Shown here piece by piece: positions 59,967-64,000 of a stretch of DNA of 64,000 nt. A model generated the notes under the pieces. It did no database searches and was not told the origin of the DNA. It saw only the letters and a program-made list of their open reading frames with translations. Both the position numbers and the translations under genes were made by a program. The DNA is from an uncultured Prevotella sp. (GTDB lineage Bacteria; Bacteroidota; Bacteroidia; Bacteroidales; Bacteroidaceae): contig CABSCZ010000005.1 of assembly GCA_902476365.1 (NCBI GenBank), positions 7,009-71,008 on the forward strand, read 5' to 3'. How positions within the stretch are numbered: the first letter of the stretch is position 1; every line of letters begins with the position of its first letter.

Positions 59967-60054
59967 TTATAATGATCCATAGTATAATCTTTATATGACT
60001 TCGTTCTTAATAATGTTGAAAAAATAATTATTTACGATCTCAGAAGAAACTTCC

Positions 60055-61593
60055 TTACCTATTGTCTACCCTATTTTTAGCAATCTTCCTCAATTGTGCT
60101 TGCAATTGGAAAAGTATGTCTGGATACTTGGTCGCCACATTGTCGTTTTCATGGACATCTTTGTCAACTCTATAGAGTTGTGGCTCGGAAGCATAGCCAG
60201 TTTCCACATTTTCTTCTTTCATCAGTTTTACTTTAGTATCACTGGGCTCAATATATTTCCATCCTTTATTTCTTATAGAGAGAGTATGGTCAAGGGCTTG
60301 TTCCACGATCCAAGAGCGATCAGTTTGTACCTGATTCGTCCAAGTCTCCCATGAATCCCAACTATCAGGGGCAGCGCCTTTCGGAACTCTGGCATTGAGC
60401 ATTTTTGCCATAGATGAGAAGAAGTCTATCTGAGACACAAGTGCTCCAGATTCACTGCCAGCCTTCACTTGTTTGGGCCAACGCACGATGAATGGAACGC
60501 GCGTCCCACCCTCAAAGGCACTATATTTGTTGCCACGTAGTGGACCTGCAGGGCTATGACCATTTAGGAGTTCATTAGCCTGATCCTTATAACCATCATT
60601 GACGACAGGACCATTATCACTTGTCAAAATCACAAGAGTATTATCCTCTATCCTCAATCTTTTGAGCGTTTTCATAATCTCACCCACAGTCCAATCGAAC
60701 TGCACAATAGCATCCCCACGAACGCCCATGTTTGTCTTTCCGCGGAAACGTGCATTGGGGAAGCGTGGCACATGGATATCATTAGTAGCTACGTACATGA
60801 AGAAGGGTTCGCGCCGATGTTCTTGGATGAACCTTACCGCATGGGAGATAATAGAATCAGCAATGTTTTCATCTTTCCATAAGGCTTTTCCGCCACCTTT
60901 CATATAACCAATGCGACCAATACCATTCACGATAGCCATATTGTGACCAAAATCCCACATTTGGTTATAGCATAGCTCTGGATTAGACTTTCCCGTGGGT
61001 TCTCCCGGAAAAGGATGGGAATAACTCACTTCTATAGGGGCGTTAGGATCCCAATTGGCTACTCGTCCATTTTCAATAAACACACAAGGAACCCGATCGC
61101 CAGTTGCAGCCATAATATAGGAATAATCGAAGCCTAAATCCCCCAAGCCACAAGGAAGTGGAGCATTCCAGTCTTGCTCCCCGGTCTTGTCACCTAAGCC
61201 AAGATGCCATTTTCCAAAAGCACCTGTGGCATATCCTTCATTTTTGAAGAGATCAGCAATTGTGTATTGTTCTGGTCGAATAATCATTCCTGCATCTCCT
61301 CTCGCTATGTCGGTGCCCTTGCGCCTCCATGAATATTCTCCAGTAAGGAGAGAATATCGTGAAGGCGTGCTCGTTGCCGCAACAGCAAAGGCATTCGTAA
61401 AACGACATCCTTCAGCAGCAAGTCGATTTACATTTGGCGTTTGAACGTTCTTGGCACCATAACATTCCAGGTCACCATATCCCAGGTCGTCTGCATAAAT
61501 GAAGATGACATTCGGACGTTGCTGGGCATAAGCCTCCATCCCGTGAAAAGCAAACACAGTAAGGGCAAATAGACTTATTGGATTCTTATTCAT
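60055..61593 (-). CDS. S1-family sulfatase (Ser-type active site), secreted
   Basis: Signal peptide present. Motifs PNVIFIYADDLGYGDL and sulfatase signature ATSTPSRYSLLTG (S-x-P-x-R) are present. C-terminal sulfatase domain present. Confidence 0.85.
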   Translation of the reverse strand: MNKNPISLFALTVFAFHGMEAYAQQRPNVIFIYADDLGYGDLECYGAKNVQTPNVNRLAAEGCRFTNAFAVAATSTPSRYSLLTGEYSWRRKGTDIARGDAGMIIRPEQYTIADLFKNEGYATGAFGKWHLGLGDKTGEQDWNAPLPCGLGDLGFDYSYIMAATGDRVPCVFIENGRVANWDPNAPIEVSYSHPFPGEPTGKSNPELCYNQMWDFGHNMAIVNGIGRIGYMKGGGKALWKDENIADSIISHAVRFIQEHRREPFFMYVATNDIHVPRFPNARFRGKTNMGVRGDAIVQFDWTVGEIMKTLKRLRIEDNTLVILTSDNGPVVNDGYKDQANELLNGHSPAGPLRGNKYSAFEGGTRVPFIVRWPKQVKAGSESGALVSQIDFFSSMAKMLNARVPKGAAPDSWDSWETWTNQVQTDRSWIVEQALDHTLSIRNKGWKYIEPSDTKVKLMKEENVETGYASEPQLYRVDKDVHENDNVATKYPDILFQLQAQLRKIAKNRVDNR

Positions 61594-61599
61594 ATTCTT

Positions 61600-63267
61600 T
61601 TATTTTAAATTAGGATTAATGTCTTGCTCGCTTTGTGGAATAGGCCAGATAGAAGGACCTGCTGCGAAGTTCCTTGTTCCAACATACCAACGGTTTACAC
61701 CCATAGGATCTGTTTTCCCATTCGATTGGTTGCGTCGTGTCGTTGCATCAGAGTTCGGGAAAGAAGCACCCCAGACATCTCCTGTGAGTTTATCCTTGGC
61801 AATATTCCAACGGAGTAAATCCCATAGCCGAATACCTTCCAATGCCAGCTCTACACGTCTTTCGTTCCTCAATAAAGGTCTCAATTCTTCCGTATTCGTG
61901 GTGGTGATATCCGGCATGTTTGAGCGGCGCCGTACCATATTTAAATATTGTAGATCGGAAGCTGTCAGCGTCCCTGCCTCCATCTTGGCCTCGACATAAC
62001 TAAGCAAGACCTCTGCATAGCGTATAATGGGCAATTTTGCTGGATACTTATTATTATCCCCTCCATTATAAATGTAGTTTTCATCGATGTATTTCCTCAT
62101 CATATATCCAGTCTTCGTGCTTTGGTAAGATGGGTGCAACCCGTCCTTGCCATTGCCTGCGTTATGATCCGGGTCACAATTATAAATGCCTTGTCCAAAA
62201 GCACATCCATTCCAATAAATCGTCTCTGCAAGCCTAGGGTCACGGTTCTTAGCCAAATCATTTGGATCATATTTCGGATCATTGTAACTAAATGTAGAAC
62301 CATCAGAAAATTGATAAGCTTCAAACAAATCTGCCGTAACATTATGCAAGCACCAACCTCCTAACGCGCCATCCATTGTCGGATTGAATTGTTTCAGCAT
62401 TCCAGAACCACATTTGTCGTCATCATACTGCATGATAAAAAGGTTCTCACTAAGTGCATTTGCCGTAGACGGCTGGAAAAGGGCCTTATAGTCTGGGCTT
62501 AATTCACTGTCTCCCAAGTCAATGATACTCTTATAGGTAATAGCTGCATCAGCCCATTGGCGTAGGAGAAGCTGTAACCTTCCTTTGAAAGTCAATGCAG
62601 CTTGCTTTGTGGCCCGTCCATAATTACCTTCAGCTGCTACTTCCGACCATTTCGGTAATGCTGCGGCAGCCTCAGAGAATTCATTCATTGCCCACTTTGC
62701 GACTTCATCTCGTGGCGTTTTTGATACAGAGTTAGCCTCATCCTTAGTCATCGTATGTTCGACTAAAGGAACATCATGAAAAAAGGAACATAAATAAAAG
62801 TATTGTGTAGCACGAAGGAAACGGGCTTCCGCCTCATACCTTTTCATATTCGTCTCAGAAATACCTACGGCATTTTTGAGTTTTTCCAGGAAGTCATTAC
62901 AACGGGCGATCTTTTGATAGGACAAACTCCAATACGTAGAAGTTGCGCCACTCCTTGCTGCGCTAAGATTACCTGACGCAATGATGCCAATATTACTGTT
63001 CAGTCCTCGCCTGTCCCAACCGTTATCGGAACATATATCGAGCATCAGGAGTCCTTGATAACTCCACCAATCAGATGGCGAATATTCTTCACTGCCGAAA
63101 ACAATATTAGCATGATAAAGCCCTGTTAATGCAAGCATGGCATTTTGGTCGCTTTTCATAAAACCATCAGTTGCATACGATGTAAGTGGCGACCTATCCA
63201 AATCGCATGATGTAAAGACACACAAGATGCACAGGATGATATATACAAATTTATTAAATCTTTTCAT
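61600..63267 (-). CDS. SusD/RagB-family nutrient-binding lipoprotein
   Basis: Lipoprotein signal MKRFNKFVYIILCILCVFTSCD. 555 aa. Confidence 0.85.
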   Translation of the reverse strand: MKRFNKFVYIILCILCVFTSCDLDRSPLTSYATDGFMKSDQNAMLALTGLYHANIVFGSEEYSPSDWWSYQGLLMLDICSDNGWDRRGLNSNIGIIASGNLSAARSGATSTYWSLSYQKIARCNDFLEKLKNAVGISETNMKRYEAEARFLRATQYFYLCSFFHDVPLVEHTMTKDEANSVSKTPRDEVAKWAMNEFSEAAAALPKWSEVAAEGNYGRATKQAALTFKGRLQLLLRQWADAAITYKSIIDLGDSELSPDYKALFQPSTANALSENLFIMQYDDDKCGSGMLKQFNPTMDGALGGWCLHNVTADLFEAYQFSDGSTFSYNDPKYDPNDLAKNRDPRLAETIYWNGCAFGQGIYNCDPDHNAGNGKDGLHPSYQSTKTGYMMRKYIDENYIYNGGDNNKYPAKLPIIRYAEVLLSYVEAKMEAGTLTASDLQYLNMVRRRSNMPDITTTNTEELRPLLRNERRVELALEGIRLWDLLRWNIAKDKLTGDVWGASFPNSDATTRRNQSNGKTDPMGVNRWYVGTRNFAAGPSIWPIPQSEQDINPNLK

Positions 63268-63277
63268 CTTCTTCGAA

Positions 63278-64000
63278 TTAAAAATTAATATTCAAACCGA
63301 ACGTATAAGTCTTGAGAATAGGATAATAGCTCCCACTCGTATCAATTTCAGGATCCCAACCTTCTGGGAAATGATGGAACGTAAGAGGATTTTCGCACTG
63401 GACATAGCACCTAATATTGTTTACTCCCAATACCTTAACTGCATTCTTAGGGATAGTATATCCTAATTGTACGGATTTGATTCGGCAATACGAAGCATTT
63501 CTTACCCAGAAATCAGACAACAAGGTATTATTGGATCCACCAATTCCACTATTGGGTATAACCTCCAATCTTGGATACTTCGGGTATCTTTCGGGATTAT
63601 CCGCCTTGAAATATCCTTCTGCCTGCCATTTTTGTATGGACCCATAGCCAGTAAAAGCCCAACCAGCATAACCACTTAACATACCTTTTACTCCTGCAAC
63701 TCCTTGTATTTGGCCTGAGAAATCAAAGCCTTTATAATTACATCCCATAGTGATTCCATACGTATACTTAGGTATGCGGGAACCCAAAACAACACGATCA
63801 TCTGATGTAACCTTCCCATCTCCATTGATATCCACGTATCTAATATCACCTACTTTTGAATCAGGGGCAATAGACGATTGGTCATACCAACTTTTCTTGT
63901 CCTCTTCATTAATGAAAACGCCATCCGTTTTATAGCCATAATAAATATTCATGGGATAGCCAACAAAGTAAGTTCCATTACCTACGAGTCCATTATTTTG
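63278..64000 (-). CDS. SusC/RagA-family TonB-dependent transporter, C-terminal part (5' end beyond window)
   Basis: The frame is open to the window edge. C-terminal barrel strands end ...TYTFGLNINF. Stop TAA at 63278-63280. Confidence 0.8.
   Translation of the reverse strand, partial: QNNGLVGNGTYFVGYPMNIYYGYKTDGVFINEEDKKSWYDQSSIAPDSKVGDIRYVDINGDGKVTSDDRVVLGSRIPKYTYGITMGCNYKGFDFSGQIQGVAGVKGMLSGYAGWAFTGYGSIQKWQAEGYFKADNPERYPKYPRLEVIPNSGIGGSNNTLLSDFWVRNASYCRIKSVQLGYTIPKNAVKVLGVNNIRCYVQCENPLTFHHFPEGWDPEIDTSGSYYPILKTYTFGLNINF

Noticed and set aside
1-64000. tRNA, rRNA or tmRNA genes.
   Set aside because: No intergenic region of suitable length shows cloverleaf-compatible conserved boxes. The intergenic spaces are short or taken up by the repeats and terminators described.

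Overview
Bacteroidales-type chromosomal segment, inferred from four SusC/SusD pairs, ECF sigma/FecR anti-sigma pairs and TAnnTTTG promoter motifs. Coding density is high and no rRNA, tRNA or CRISPR was found. The first ~39 kb is GC-richer and mixes housekeeping genes with a long minus-strand array tied to MurNAc and cell-wall recycling. Housekeeping genes are the relA/spoT C-terminus, alaS, a RecD-like helicase, rsmD, dnaG, queD/queE and cardiolipin synthase. The minus-strand array runs SusC-SusD-DUF218-GDPD-PAP2 phosphatase-GT2-AmpG-like permease-MurK-like kinase-MurQ etherase. A YkfC/YkfB-like NlpC/P60 endopeptidase plus Tat-exported L-Ala-D/L-Glu epimerase pair and tandem duplicated esterases (one fused to a GDPD domain) lie further along. 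Near 39.7 kb the composition drops to roughly 38-40% GC. The AT-richer part holds a complete ECF-sigma/anti-sigma-controlled PUL. It contains SusC with an STN signalling domain, SusD, a neutral-ceramidase-family protein, two tandem GH20 beta-hexosaminidases and a second divergent murQ-murK pair. A NagP-like MFS permease, a Cys-Ntn (C69-like) dipeptidase and aminopeptidase C complete it. I read this as a candidate SusCD-based peptidoglycan/muropeptide (or amino-sugar lipid) scavenging system; this PUL is the most interesting part of the window. Downstream, a roughly 500 bp element with ~84 bp terminal inverted repeats sits between this PUL and a convergent sulfatase-containing PUL (one sulfatase pseudogenised, one intact Ser-type sulfatase, SusD, partial SusC). 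The ORF track uses GTG/TTG as 'M', so several starts were moved to the first in-frame ATG where a signal peptide or promoter supports it.
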